From the NCBI RefSeq assembly GCF_001598795.1, contig NZ_BCZP01000015.1:90001-122000 (forward strand): a DNA stretch of 32,000 bases. Reading direction: 5' to 3'. Source of the stretch: Delftia acidovorans NBRC 14950 (lineage in GTDB: Bacteria; Pseudomonadota; Gammaproteobacteria; Burkholderiales; Burkholderiaceae_C). The position numbers and the translations under genes are program-made. Positions 15,871-25,862 of this stretch are shown piece by piece (within the stretch, counting starts at the first letter, position 1; each line of letters starts with the position of its first letter). The notes beneath the pieces are model-generated. The model was not told the DNA's origin. It saw nothing but the letters and a program-made list of their open reading frames with translations, and made no database searches.

Positions 15871-17037
15871 CTATCTGCCCGGCTGCAGCAGCAGCCGCAT
15901 CAGATCCGTGCGAGTGATCAGGCCGGTCAGCCGGCCTTCGCTCATCACGGGAATGCAGGGCACGCTGTGCCGGGCCAGGGCGTCCAGCAACTGGCCCACG
16001 GGCGTGTCTTCGTCCACGCTGAGTTCAGGCGCATGAACCAGCTGGGGCAGCTCCGACAGGCGGGGCGCGGCCCGGGTCTTGCCGGGCAGGCGCTGGCCCA
16101 GCCAGTTCAACAAAGAAGGTTTTGCCGCCGATTCGGCCGGGCGCACGGGGCTCATCCATAGCCACTCGTACAGCTCGGCACGGGAGACCGTGCCGGCCAG
16201 GCCGCCATCGGCGTCCAGCACCGGCAGGCTCTTGGCCGGGTGCGCGCGAAAGCGTGCGGCCACGGCGTGCACGTCGTCGTCCATGGAGCAGCTCACGGGA
16301 TCGCGCGTCATCAGCTGGGCGCAGCGCACACCGCCCAGCCGGTGCTCGATGGCGGTTTCCTCGGCGGCGGCCAGCAGCTCAGCCAGGTCGTCGGCTTCCA
16401 GGTTGTTTTCCTGGCCGAAGCGCAGCAGCAGCCCCTCCAGATCGGCATGGGACAGGCCCAGGCGCGAGGCATGGCGGTGGGCCGCATCGGCGGGCGCGGC
16501 CTTGGGCGCCGTGTCGGCATGGTGGGGGTAGCGCCGGCCCGTGGCGCGGTGGAGCGCCGTGGCCGCCAGGACCAGCCCCAGAGTCAGCGCACCCACGGGC
16601 AGGAAGGGCAGCATCCAGCCGGCGGCCAGCGAGGCCTTGGCGTTGAGCACCGTCAGCAGGGCCATGGCGCCACCTGGCGGGTGCAGCGAGCGCGTCAGCA
16701 GCATGCAGCCTATGGCGCCGCCCACGGCCAGTGCAGGGGCCAGCTGGGGCGGGCACCACTGCAGCACGAACAGGGCCCAGAGCGCCGACACCGTATTGCC
16801 CACCACGCAGGACCAGGGCTGGGCCAGCGGGCTGGTGGGCACGGCGAACAACAGGACGGCCGTGGCGCCCAGTGGCGCGAACAGGCGCAGGGGAAGATCC
16901 CAGGTGCCCGCATGCGCCAGCCAGACCAGGGCCGTCGCCAGCCCCATGCCCACGATGGAGCCCATGGCCACGCGCCACATGTCCGCAGGCGCGGGGCGTG
17001 GCACCACCGGCCCCCATGCTTTTCTGTTCCAGCCCAT
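15871..17037 (-). CDS. HPP-family membrane protein with C-terminal tandem CBS domains
   Basis: Has the HPP motif (TRSLHPPGGAMAL) within a polytopic N-terminal half. The C-terminal half has two CBS-like repeats (LMTRDPVSCSMDDDVH...; ...IPVMSEGRLTGLITRTDL). The start is set at ATG 17037 (MGWNRKAW) with a weak AAGG SD and may be off by several codons. Confidence 0.85.
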   Translation of the reverse strand: MGWNRKAWGPVVPRPAPADMWRVAMGSIVGMGLATALVWLAHAGTWDLPLRLFAPLGATAVLLFAVPTSPLAQPWSCVVGNTVSALWALFVLQWCPPQLAPALAVGGAIGCMLLTRSLHPPGGAMALLTVLNAKASLAAGWMLPFLPVGALTLGLVLAATALHRATGRRYPHHADTAPKAAPADAAHRHASRLGLSHADLEGLLLRFGQENNLEADDLAELLAAAEETAIEHRLGGVRCAQLMTRDPVSCSMDDDVHAVAARFRAHPAKSLPVLDADGGLAGTVSRAELYEWLWMSPVRPAESAAKPSLLNWLGQRLPGKTRAAPRLSELPQLVHAPELSVDEDTPVGQLLDALARHSVPCIPVMSEGRLTGLITRTDLMRLLLQPGR

Positions 17038-17170
17038 GGCCTTGTTGTCTTTTTGTCTTTGCCTGCGCGGCCCCGGGGGAGGGCTGCAAAAGCGCGTCAT
17101 TTTAGGAAGGGACGCCGCTCTTGCTGGTAGCATGGGCTTTGCACCCTTTCGGTGCGGCGCGCCTGCCGGC

Positions 17171-18394
17171 TCAGTCCACCACGGACTGGTACACGCCCTC
17201 GCGCATCACCCAGCGGTAAGGAATGCGCTGGGCCATGGACTGCATCATGAGGATGGCGAACAGGTCCTCCTTCGGATCCACCCAGAAGAAGGTGCCGTAG
17301 ATGCCGCTCCACGAAAAGTCGCCCACGCTGCCCGGCAGCGGGTTGAGGCCGGGCGCCGTGCGCACCGCAAAGCCCAGGCCGAAGCCCTGGCCCACCTCGG
17401 GCGAGGGCAGCTGGGCGCCGAAGTAGGCCATGTCCGGCCCCATGCGCACGCTGGCGGGCAGGTGGTTGGTGGTCATCAGCTCCACGGTCTTGCGAGAGAC
17501 CAGGCGCACGCCGTCCAGCGTGCCGCCGTTGCACCAGAACAGGCACAGCCGCGCATAGTCGGCCATGGTCGAGACCATGCCGCCGCCGCCCGACTCGAAC
17601 ATCATGGCGCGCGTGACCGGGGGGATGGGCGGCATCTGTTTCTGCGGCCCTTCGGGCTGGGGCCGCGCGGCGCGTGCGATCTCGCTGTCGGGCGCATGAA
17701 AGCCCGTGTCGGCCATGCCCAGCGGCCCGGTGATGTGCTCGCGCACGAAGGCGGCCAGCGTCTGGCCGCTGACCACCTCGACCACGCGGCCCAGCACGTC
17801 GGTGGACATGCCGTATTCCCAGGTCTCGCCGGGCTGGGCCACCAGCGGCAACTGCGCGAGCTTGGTGATGAACTGCGCATTGGTGAACTTGCCGCTGAAC
17901 AGGCCCGCATCCAGGTACATCTTCTTGACGGGGTGCTCGGTGCCGGCGAATCCATAGGGAATGCCGGAGGTGTGGCGCAGCAGGTCCTGCAGCGTGATGG
18001 GCCGCGCCAGCGGCGCGCGCTCCAGGCCCACGCGCAGCGCGGCCAGCTCGGGCAGGTACTGCTCCACAGGCTCGATGATGGACAGCCGCCCCTGCTCGGC
18101 CAGCATCATGATGGCCAGCGAGGTGATGGGCTTGCTCATGGAGGCGATGCGGAAGATGGCATCGGGCCGCATGGCCGTGCCGGCCTCGGGGTCCAGCAGG
18201 CCGAAGCTCTCCAGGTAGGCCAGCTTGCCGCGCCGCGCCACCAGGGCCACGGCGCCCGGGATCTCGCTGGTGTCCACGCCGCGCTGCAGCCGGGCCGACA
18301 GGCGCGCCAGGCGCGCGCTGCCCAGGCCCACGGTTTCAGGGGAGTCGGCCCAGGGCAGGCCGGGGATGTGCAGGCGGTCGGTGCTGGCGGTCAT
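17171..18394 (-). CDS. Serine hydrolase, beta-lactamase (class C)/PBP4*-like family
   Basis: Has the SxxK active-site motif (ASMSKPITS) in the expected N-terminal position, and its length and composition fit PF00144-type esterases/beta-lactamases. The start is set at ATG 18394 ([10 protein letters not shown]) with an AGGAG SD. No signal peptide is evident. Confidence 0.88.
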   Translation of the reverse strand: MTASTDRLHIPGLPWADSPETVGLGSARLARLSARLQRGVDTSEIPGAVALVARRGKLAYLESFGLLDPEAGTAMRPDAIFRIASMSKPITSLAIMMLAEQGRLSIIEPVEQYLPELAALRVGLERAPLARPITLQDLLRHTSGIPYGFAGTEHPVKKMYLDAGLFSGKFTNAQFITKLAQLPLVAQPGETWEYGMSTDVLGRVVEVVSGQTLAAFVREHITGPLGMADTGFHAPDSEIARAARPQPEGPQKQMPPIPPVTRAMMFESGGGGMVSTMADYARLCLFWCNGGTLDGVRLVSRKTVELMTTNHLPASVRMGPDMAYFGAQLPSPEVGQGFGLGFAVRTAPGLNPLPGSVGDFSWSGIYGTFFWVDPKEDLFAILMMQSMAQRIPYRWVMREGVYQSVVD

Positions 18395-18521
18395 GGAGTC
18401 TCCTGTGGTGTGCGTCGATTGTTCCGGCAGATGGCCTGGTGCGCTGTTGGCTGCGGGACAGCGGCGTGCGGGTGCAGCGGGCATGCCGCCGCTAAACTGG
18501 CCCGCAGGAGACAACGACACC

Positions 18522-19493
18522 ATGAAGCAGATCATTCTGGCCGCCGCAGCCTGCGCAGCCGCCGCCTTTGCCATGCCGGCCAGCGCCGCCTATCCCGACA
18601 AGCCCATCCGCCTGGTCGTGCCCTTCCCGCCCGGGCAGGCCACGGACATCTTTGCGCGCGCGCTGGCCGAAAAGCTCGCCCAGAAGCTGGGCCAGCCGCT
18701 GGTGGTGGAGAACAAGGCCGGGGCCGGCAGCAACATCGGCAGCGAGCAGGTGGTGCGCAGCCCGGCCGACGGCTATACGCTGCTCGTGGCCGGCAGTGCC
18801 ATGGCCGTGAACCAGACGCTGTACAAGAAGGTGAATTTCGACCCGCGCACCGACCTGGTGGGCATCACGCTGATCGCCAAGGTGCCGCTGGTGTTCCTGG
18901 CGCACCCGGGGGCTGGCATCAAGTCCATGAAAGATTTGGTGGACAAGGCGCGTGCCGAGCCGGGCCGCTGGAACTACGCCAGCGCCGGCATCGGCGGCAC
19001 CCAGCACCTGAGCGCCGAGATGGTCAAGGCGCGCGCCAAGATACAGATAGAGCACATCCCCTACAAGGGCAGCGGCCCCGCGCAGGCGGACTTCGTGGGC
19101 GGCCAGGTGCCGCTGATGGTGGATTCGGTGACGGCCGCCCTGCCCAATATCCAGGCGGGCAAGGCCGTGCCGCTGGGTGTGACCTCCAGCGCCCGCTCCA
19201 GCCAGCTGCCCGAGGTGCCGGCCATTGCCGAATCGGGCCTGCCCGAGTTCCGGGGCTTCGAGGCCGTGGGCTGGCTGGGGCTGATGGCCCCCAAGGGCAC
19301 GCCGCAGGAAGTGATCGACCGGCTCAACCGCGAGGCCGTGGCCATCCTGCGCAGCCCTGAGATGCGCAAGTTCATCAGTGACCGTGGCTCGGAGGCTGCG
19401 CCCACCACGCCCCGCGAGATGGATGCCTTTGTGGCCTCCGAGATCACGCAGTGGGGCCAGGCCGTGCGGCAATCAGGCGCCTCGGTGGATTGA
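18522..19493 (+). CDS. Tripartite tricarboxylate transporter substrate-binding protein (Bug/TctC family)
   Basis: The signal peptide [22 protein letters not shown] is followed by the characteristic [24 protein letters not shown] start of Bug-family proteins. An AGGAGA SD lies upstream of ATG 18522. No tctA/tctB is adjacent (orphan). Confidence 0.92.
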   Translation: MKQIILAAAACAAAAFAMPASAAYPDKPIRLVVPFPPGQATDIFARALAEKLAQKLGQPLVVENKAGAGSNIGSEQVVRSPADGYTLLVAGSAMAVNQTLYKKVNFDPRTDLVGITLIAKVPLVFLAHPGAGIKSMKDLVDKARAEPGRWNYASAGIGGTQHLSAEMVKARAKIQIEHIPYKGSGPAQADFVGGQVPLMVDSVTAALPNIQAGKAVPLGVTSSARSSQLPEVPAIAESGLPEFRGFEAVGWLGLMAPKGTPQEVIDRLNREAVAILRSPEMRKFISDRGSEAAPTTPREMDAFVASEITQWGQAVRQSGASVD

Positions 19494-19497
19494 GGCA

Positions 19498-19525
19498 GGC
19501 GCCCCCCGGAGCGCGTGGGGGTGCC
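19498..19525. terminator. GC hairpin between the convergent Bug gene and gatB
   Basis: GGCGCCCCC (19498-19506) pairs with GGGGGTGCC (19517-19525) in 9 bp including one G-U, across a 10-nt loop. No U-tract. Confidence 0.4.
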
Positions 19526-19537
19526 CGCTGCGGCCGG

Positions 19538-20983
19538 TCAGGCCAGCTTGGCCTTGAGCTGCTCGTTGACCTGCGCCGGGTTGGCCTTGCCCTTGGAGGC
19601 CTTCATGACCTGGCCGACCAGGGCGTTGAAGGCCTTGTCCTTGCCTGCGCGGTACTGCTCCACGTTGGCCGGGTTGGCGGCGATCACCTCGTCGATGATC
19701 TTCTCCATGGCGCCCGTGTCGTTCATCTGCTTGAGGCCCTTGGCCTCGATGATGGCATCGACATCGCTGCCTTCACCGCTCCACAGCGCCTCGAAGACCT
19801 GCTTGGCGGCGTTGTTGGAGATGGTGCCGTCGCCGATGCGCTGGATCAGCGCGGCCAGCTGGGCGCTGGAGACCTTGGCGGCCTCCATGCCGATTTCCTC
19901 GGTGTTCAGGCGGCGCGAGATCTCGCCCATGATCCAGTTGCTGGCCAGCTTGGGCGCATTGCAGGCCCGGGCCGTGTCCTCGAAGTAGGCGGCCATGGCC
20001 TGGCTTTGCGTCAGCGTGGTGGCGTCGTACTCGGGCAGGGCGTACTGCTCGACAAAGCGCGCGGCCATGGCGCGCGGCAGCTCGGGCATGTCGGCCCTGA
20101 CCTGTTCCACCCATTCGGGCGCGACCACCAGCGGCGGCAGGTCCGGGTCGGGGAAGTAGCGGTAGTCGGCCGCGTCTTCCTTGGTGCGCATGGAGCGCGT
20201 CTCGCCCGTGTCGGGATCGAACAGCACGGTGGCCTGCTGGATGCGGCGGCCGTCCTCGATTTCCTCGATCTGCCAGCGGATCTCGTAGTCGATGGCCAGC
20301 TGCATGTTCTTGAAGCTGTTGAGGTTCTTGATCTCGCGGCGCGTGCCCAGCGGCTGGCCGGGCTTGCGCACGGAGACGTTGGCGTCGCAGCGGAAGCTCC
20401 CTTCCTGCATGTTGCCGTCGCAGATGCCGATCCAGGTGACGATCTGGTGCAGCGTCTTGGCGTAGGCCACGGCTTCTTCCGTGCTGCGGATGTCGGGCTC
20501 GGTCACGATCTCCAGCAGCGGCGTGCCGGCGCGGTTCAGATCGATGCCCGACTGGCCGATGAAGTCCTCGTGCAGCGACTTGCCGGCGTCTTCCTCCAGG
20601 TGGGCGCGCACCAGGCGGATGGTCTTCTTCTCGTCGCCGAGGAAGAAGGACACTTCACCGCCCTGGACCACGGGAATCTCGAACTGCGAGATCTGGTAGC
20701 CCTTGGGCAGGTCGGGGTAGAAGTAGTTCTTGCGCGCGAAGATGCTGCGCGGCGCAATGTGCGAGCCCAGCGCCAGGCCGAGCCGGATGGCGCACTCGAC
20801 GGCCTTTTTGTTCATCACCGGCAGCGTGCCGGGCAGCGCCATGTCCACGGCGCAGGCCTGGGTGTTGGGCTCGGCGCCGAAGGCGGTGCTGGCGCGGCTG
20901 AAGATCTTGGACTGGGTGGCCAGCTGGGCGTGGGTCTCGAAGCCGATGACGACTTCATAGCCCTGGATGAGTTTCGCGGTCAT
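19538..20983 (-). CDS. gatB: Asp-tRNA(Asn)/Glu-tRNA(Gln) amidotransferase subunit B
   Basis: 481-aa protein that starts [13 protein letters not shown]... and has a YqeY-like C-terminal tail. It lies 6 nt downstream of gatA. Confidence 0.96.
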   Translation of the reverse strand: MTAKLIQGYEVVIGFETHAQLATQSKIFSRASTAFGAEPNTQACAVDMALPGTLPVMNKKAVECAIRLGLALGSHIAPRSIFARKNYFYPDLPKGYQISQFEIPVVQGGEVSFFLGDEKKTIRLVRAHLEEDAGKSLHEDFIGQSGIDLNRAGTPLLEIVTEPDIRSTEEAVAYAKTLHQIVTWIGICDGNMQEGSFRCDANVSVRKPGQPLGTRREIKNLNSFKNMQLAIDYEIRWQIEEIEDGRRIQQATVLFDPDTGETRSMRTKEDAADYRYFPDPDLPPLVVAPEWVEQVRADMPELPRAMAARFVEQYALPEYDATTLTQSQAMAAYFEDTARACNAPKLASNWIMGEISRRLNTEEIGMEAAKVSSAQLAALIQRIGDGTISNNAAKQVFEALWSGEGSDVDAIIEAKGLKQMNDTGAMEKIIDEVIAANPANVEQYRAGKDKAFNALVGQVMKASKGKANPAQVNEQLKAKLA

Positions 20984-20989
20984 GGGGGA

Positions 20990-22486
20990 TCAGATGCCCT
21001 TCGGAGCTTGAAGGTGAAAGTCGGTGGCCTGCTGGAAGCGGTGGGCGGCGTTGAGCAACTGGCCTTCCTTGAAGTAGTTGCCGATCAGCTGCAGGCCCAC
21101 GGGCATGCCGGCCTCGCCAAAGCCAGCGGGCACGCTCATGCCGGGCAGGCCGGCCAGCGATGCGGGCAGCGTGAAGATGTCGGCCAGGTAGTTGGCCAGC
21201 GGGTCGCTCTTTCCGCCCAGCTGCCAGGCCACGGTGGGCGCGGCGGGGCCGGCGATCACGTCGCACTGCTGGAAGGCGGCCTGGAAATCGTCGGCGATCA
21301 TGCGGCGGATCTTCTGCGCCTGCAGGTAGTAGGCGTCGTAGTAGCCCTCGGACAGCACATAGGCGCCGATCATGATGCGGCGCTTGACCTCGTCGCCGAA
21401 GCCTTCGGCACGGGTCTTCTTGTACATGTCCACCAGGTCCGTGTAGTCCTTGGCGCGGTGGCCGAACTTCACGCCATCGAAGCGCGAGAGGTTGGACGAT
21501 GCCTCGGCCGGGGCCAGGATGTAGTACACGGGAATCGACAGCTCGGTGCGCGGCAGCGAGATGGGCACCAGGCGGGCGCCCAGCTTCTCGTATTCCTTGA
21601 GCGCGCCATCCACGGCGGCGCGCACGTCGGCCGACAGGCCCTCGCCGAAGAACTCGGCGGGGATGCCGATGCGCAGGCCTTCGATGCTGTCGTTCAGGCG
21701 GGCCGTGAAGTCCTCGGCGGGCACGTCCAGGCTGGTGGAGTCGCGGTCCAGGTCGGGGCCGCACATCTCGGACAGCAGCAGGGCGCAGTCCTCGGCGCTC
21801 TTGCCCATGGGACCGGCCTGGTCCAGGCTGGAGGCGAAGGCGATCATGCCGTAGCGGCTGGCGCGGCCATAGGTGGGCTTGATGCCGGTGATGCCGCAAA
21901 ACGATGCGGGCTGGCGGATGGAGCCGCCCGTGTCGGTGCCGGTGACGGCGGGCGCCAGGCCGGCGGCCACGGCCACGGCCGAGCCGCCCGAGGAGCCGCC
22001 GGGCACGCGGTCCGTGTTCCAGGGGTTGCGCACGGGCGCAGGGGCATCGAAGCCCACGGGCGCGATGGCCGAGTTCTCGTTGGCCGAGCCCATGGCGAAT
22101 TCATCGCAGTTGAGCTTGCCCAGCGTCACGGCGCCGGCCTCGGCCAGGCGCGTCACCACGGTGGCGTCGAAGGGCGAGCGGTAGCCGGCCAGCATCTTGC
22201 TGGAGGCCGTGGTCGGGAAGTCGCGCGTGACGAAGATGTCCTTGTGCGCAATGGGCACGCCAGCCAGGCGGCCGCCCTTGCCCTGGGCAATCAGGGCGTC
22301 GGCAGCGCGGGCCTGGGCCAGGGTGGCCTCTTCGTCGATGCTGACGAAGGCGCCCAGGTTCTGGTGCGCCTGGGCGCGGGCCAGGAAATGCTGGGCGGCT
22401 TCGACGGCGCCGAGCTTGCGCTCGCGCAGCAGGGCCGACAGGGCCGACACGCCGAGCGTGTGCAGATCAGTGGTTTGCTGGGTCAT
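20990..22486 (-). CDS. gatA: Asp-tRNA(Asn)/Glu-tRNA(Gln) amidotransferase subunit A
   Basis: Has the amidase signature ([14 protein letters not shown], catalytic Ser-cisSer-Lys context) and sits between gatC and gatB. Confidence 0.96.
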   Translation of the reverse strand: MTQQTTDLHTLGVSALSALLRERKLGAVEAAQHFLARAQAHQNLGAFVSIDEEATLAQARAADALIAQGKGGRLAGVPIAHKDIFVTRDFPTTASSKMLAGYRSPFDATVVTRLAEAGAVTLGKLNCDEFAMGSANENSAIAPVGFDAPAPVRNPWNTDRVPGGSSGGSAVAVAAGLAPAVTGTDTGGSIRQPASFCGITGIKPTYGRASRYGMIAFASSLDQAGPMGKSAEDCALLLSEMCGPDLDRDSTSLDVPAEDFTARLNDSIEGLRIGIPAEFFGEGLSADVRAAVDGALKEYEKLGARLVPISLPRTELSIPVYYILAPAEASSNLSRFDGVKFGHRAKDYTDLVDMYKKTRAEGFGDEVKRRIMIGAYVLSEGYYDAYYLQAQKIRRMIADDFQAAFQQCDVIAGPAAPTVAWQLGGKSDPLANYLADIFTLPASLAGLPGMSVPAGFGEAGMPVGLQLIGNYFKEGQLLNAAHRFQQATDFHLQAPKGI

Positions 22487-22538
22487 GTATGGGGTGCGGA
22501 AAACGGGGACGGATGCCAGTGACGAGGGCGCGCGGCGC

Positions 22539-22838
22539 TTACTCGATCACCTTGGGGACCAGGAACAGGCCGCGCTCGACGGCCGGTGCGCTGCGCTGGT
22601 TGGCGTCGCGCTGGTCGGGCTCGCTGGCAATGTCCTCGCGCAGACGCAGGGCAATGTCCTGGATGGCGGCGACCGGATGTGACAGCGGGCTGACGCCTGA
22701 AGTATCCACAGCCTGCATCTTCTCCACGATGCCGAAAAAATCATTGAGCTGGCCTAGCATGCGCTCACTCTCGGTGGAGGAGAGCTCAAGTCGTGCCAGG
22801 TTCGCGATGCGTGCGATGTCTTGTGCGTTCAGTGCCAT
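22539..22838 (-). CDS. gatC: Asp-tRNA(Asn)/Glu-tRNA(Gln) amidotransferase subunit C
   Basis: 99-aa protein that starts [12 protein letters not shown]...E......L..I and is first in the gatCAB order. No obvious SD precedes the ATG. Confidence 0.92.
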   Translation of the reverse strand: MALNAQDIARIANLARLELSSTESERMLGQLNDFFGIVEKMQAVDTSGVSPLSHPVAAIQDIALRLREDIASEPDQRDANQRSAPAVERGLFLVPKVIE

Positions 22839-22993
22839 AGGATTTTTGAAGGGGGCAACGGGATGTAAACCCGTATTTCAAGCCCCGGCAGTAGAAGTTA
22901 TTCACAGGGGATACGGTATTATCTCGGCTTTGCCGCAATACCCTCTCCGAGCCGGTCATTGTGCGAAAAGCCAACCCCATCCAGACTCCCTAA

Positions 22994-24094
<1,101 letters not shown>

Positions 24095-24278
24095 TGCGGC
24101 GCAGGCCGGGGCCCGTTGTCGCGGGCCCGGGGCCGCAGCCGTCTGACTGCAACGATTTTTCTCCCCCTTCCGTGGTGACCTGCATGCTTGCCCTGCCTTC
24201 CTTCGCACCGGGACCGGCCCGTGCTTTCCAGGCTGCAGCAAGTGCGGCAGGGCAGGCCCTGCCACGCGGGAGGGCGGC

Positions 24279-25334
24279 ATGAATCCCAATACCCTGGACC
24301 ACTCGGCGCCCTCGCTGTTCAAGCGGCGGCCCTCGCGGGTCTCGCAACTGGCCCTGTACAGCGCCCTGGCGCTGTTCCTGATGGTGGCCGACGCGCGTTT
24401 CAGGATCACCGATCCCGTGCGCGTGGCCGTGGCCACCGTGCTGTACCCCGTGCAATGGGTGATGCTCAAGCCTGTGCAGGCCGTGCACGACGCCAGCCGC
24501 TACCTGGGCTCGCTGGACGATGCCCAGGCCCGCGAACAGGCCGCGCGCAAGGAACTGGTGGCCATGGCCCAGCGTGCATCGCTGGCCGACGAGCTGATCC
24601 AGGAAAACGACCACCTGCGCGAGCTGCTGCAGCTGCGCGATCGCCTCACCACGCCCGGCACCGCTGCCGAGGTGGTCTACGACAGCCCCGACCTCTATAC
24701 GCGCCGCGTGGTCATCGACCGCGGCCAGGTGGATGGCATCGACCAGGGCTCGCCCGTGCTCGATGAAAAAGGCGTGGTCGGCCAGGTCACGCGCGTGTAT
24801 CCGCTGCGTGCCGAGGTCACCCTGCTCATCGACCGCGACCAGGCCATTCCCGTCTTCAACCCGCGCACCGGCGCGCGCAGTGTGGCCTATGGCGATCCGT
24901 CGCCGCTGCGCACCGGCGGCATCGAGCTGCGCTTCATGCCCAGCAATGCCGATGTCCAGGAAGGCGACCTGCTGACCACCAGCGGCGTCGATGGCCTGTA
25001 CCCGCCGGGCCTGCCCGTGGCCAAGGTGGTCTCGGTGGAGCGCCGCGCCGACTCGGCCTTCTCGCGCATCTACTGCGAGCCCGTGGGCCGCGTGCAGGGC
25101 GTGCGCCACGTGGTGGTGCTCAAGCCGCTGGACCGCGCCACCCATCCCGAGGCAGAAGGCGCCGCCGAACCCCTGCGCGCCGGCAAGGGCAAGGAAAAAG
25201 ACAAGGCCAAGGACGGCAAGGGCAAGGAAGCCTCCAGGGACGGCGGCAAGGCCGGCAAGACAGATGCACCGGCCACGCCTGCAGCACCCGCTGCTCCCGC
25301 CGCACCCGCCTCCGCCAGGAAGGAGCCCGCATGA
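24279..25334 (+). CDS. mreC: Rod-shape-determining protein MreC with a Lys-rich / Pro-Ala-repeat C-terminal tail
   Basis: Lies after mreB and has an N-terminal TM, a coiled coil and a beta-barrel core (GIDQGSPVLDEKGVVGQVTRV, GDLLTTSGVDGLYPPGLPVAKV). A GGGAGGG SD lies upstream. Confidence 0.93.
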   Translation: MNPNTLDHSAPSLFKRRPSRVSQLALYSALALFLMVADARFRITDPVRVAVATVLYPVQWVMLKPVQAVHDASRYLGSLDDAQAREQAARKELVAMAQRASLADELIQENDHLRELLQLRDRLTTPGTAAEVVYDSPDLYTRRVVIDRGQVDGIDQGSPVLDEKGVVGQVTRVYPLRAEVTLLIDRDQAIPVFNPRTGARSVAYGDPSPLRTGGIELRFMPSNADVQEGDLLTTSGVDGLYPPGLPVAKVVSVERRADSAFSRIYCEPVGRVQGVRHVVVLKPLDRATHPEAEGAAEPLRAGKGKEKDKAKDGKGKEASRDGGKAGKTDAPATPAAPAAPAAPASARKEPA

Positions 25335-25849
25335 TCATGCCGCGCGGCCAGCAGCTGCTGCTGCCGGTCAACCCCCTGTTCATCGTCGTCAGCCTGCTGG
25401 CGGCGCTGGCACTCAACATGCTGCCGCTGGGCCGCCAGGCCTGGCAGCCCGACCTGCTGATGGTGCTGCTGGCCTTCTGGGCGCTGAACCAGCCCCAGCG
25501 CGTGGGCATGGGCGTGGCCTTTTTGCTGGGCCTGTGCATGGATGTGGACCGCTCCTCCCTGCTGGGCCAGCATGCGCTGGCCTATGCGCTGCTGGTGTTC
25601 GCGGCCGGCGCCATGGGCCGGCGCCTGTCCTGGTTCTCCACGCCCGTGCAGGCGCTGCACCTTCTGCCCCTGTTCGCCGTGGTGCATGGCCTGCAGGTGC
25701 TGCTGCGCATGGTGGCCGGCGGCATCGTGCCCGGCCCGCTGGTGGTGCTGGCTCCCTTGATCGAGGCCCTGCTGTGGCCCCTGGTCAGCGGCCTGCTGCT
25801 GGCACCTCAGCGCCGCCCGCCGGACAGTGACGAGAACCGTCCTCTGTGA
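25331..25849 (+). CDS. mreD: Rod-shape-determining protein MreD
   Basis: 172-aa polytopic membrane protein. Its start forms an ATGA overlap with the mreC stop, and it sits in the conserved mreBCD position. Confidence 0.9.
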   Translation: MIMPRGQQLLLPVNPLFIVVSLLAALALNMLPLGRQAWQPDLLMVLLAFWALNQPQRVGMGVAFLLGLCMDVDRSSLLGQHALAYALLVFAAGAMGRRLSWFSTPVQALHLLPLFAVVHGLQVLLRMVAGGIVPGPLVVLAPLIEALLWPLVSGLLLAPQRRPPDSDENRPL

Positions 25850-25862
25850 GGCTTGACGCGTG

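Noticed and set aside
19451-22522. 1023-aa ORF on the plus strand spanning the gatB/gatA region. Similar very long ORFs occur at 25785..28301 (-), 16541..19360 (+), 9622..11751 (-), 5052..6563 (-), 3750..5042 (-) and 67..1338 (-).
   Set aside because: Each lies exactly antisense to, or out of frame with, a gene that has unambiguous family motifs. The translations are dominated by Gly/Ala/Arg/His/Pro/Leu low-complexity sequence, and none has an SD or a recognisable domain. Stop-codon-poor antisense frames are expected in GC-rich DNA.
25275-25316. Short tandem 9-bp repeats (GCACCCGCT / GCTCCCGCC / GCACCCGCC) at the 3' end of mreC. Similar Ala/Ser- and Ala/Asp-coding runs occur in gcd (about 10240-10270) and the 320-aa ORF (about 13690-13740).
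   Set aside because: They are in frame and encode Pro-Ala or Ala-rich low-complexity linkers inside intact genes. They are not CRISPR-like, not intergenic, and have no spacer structure.
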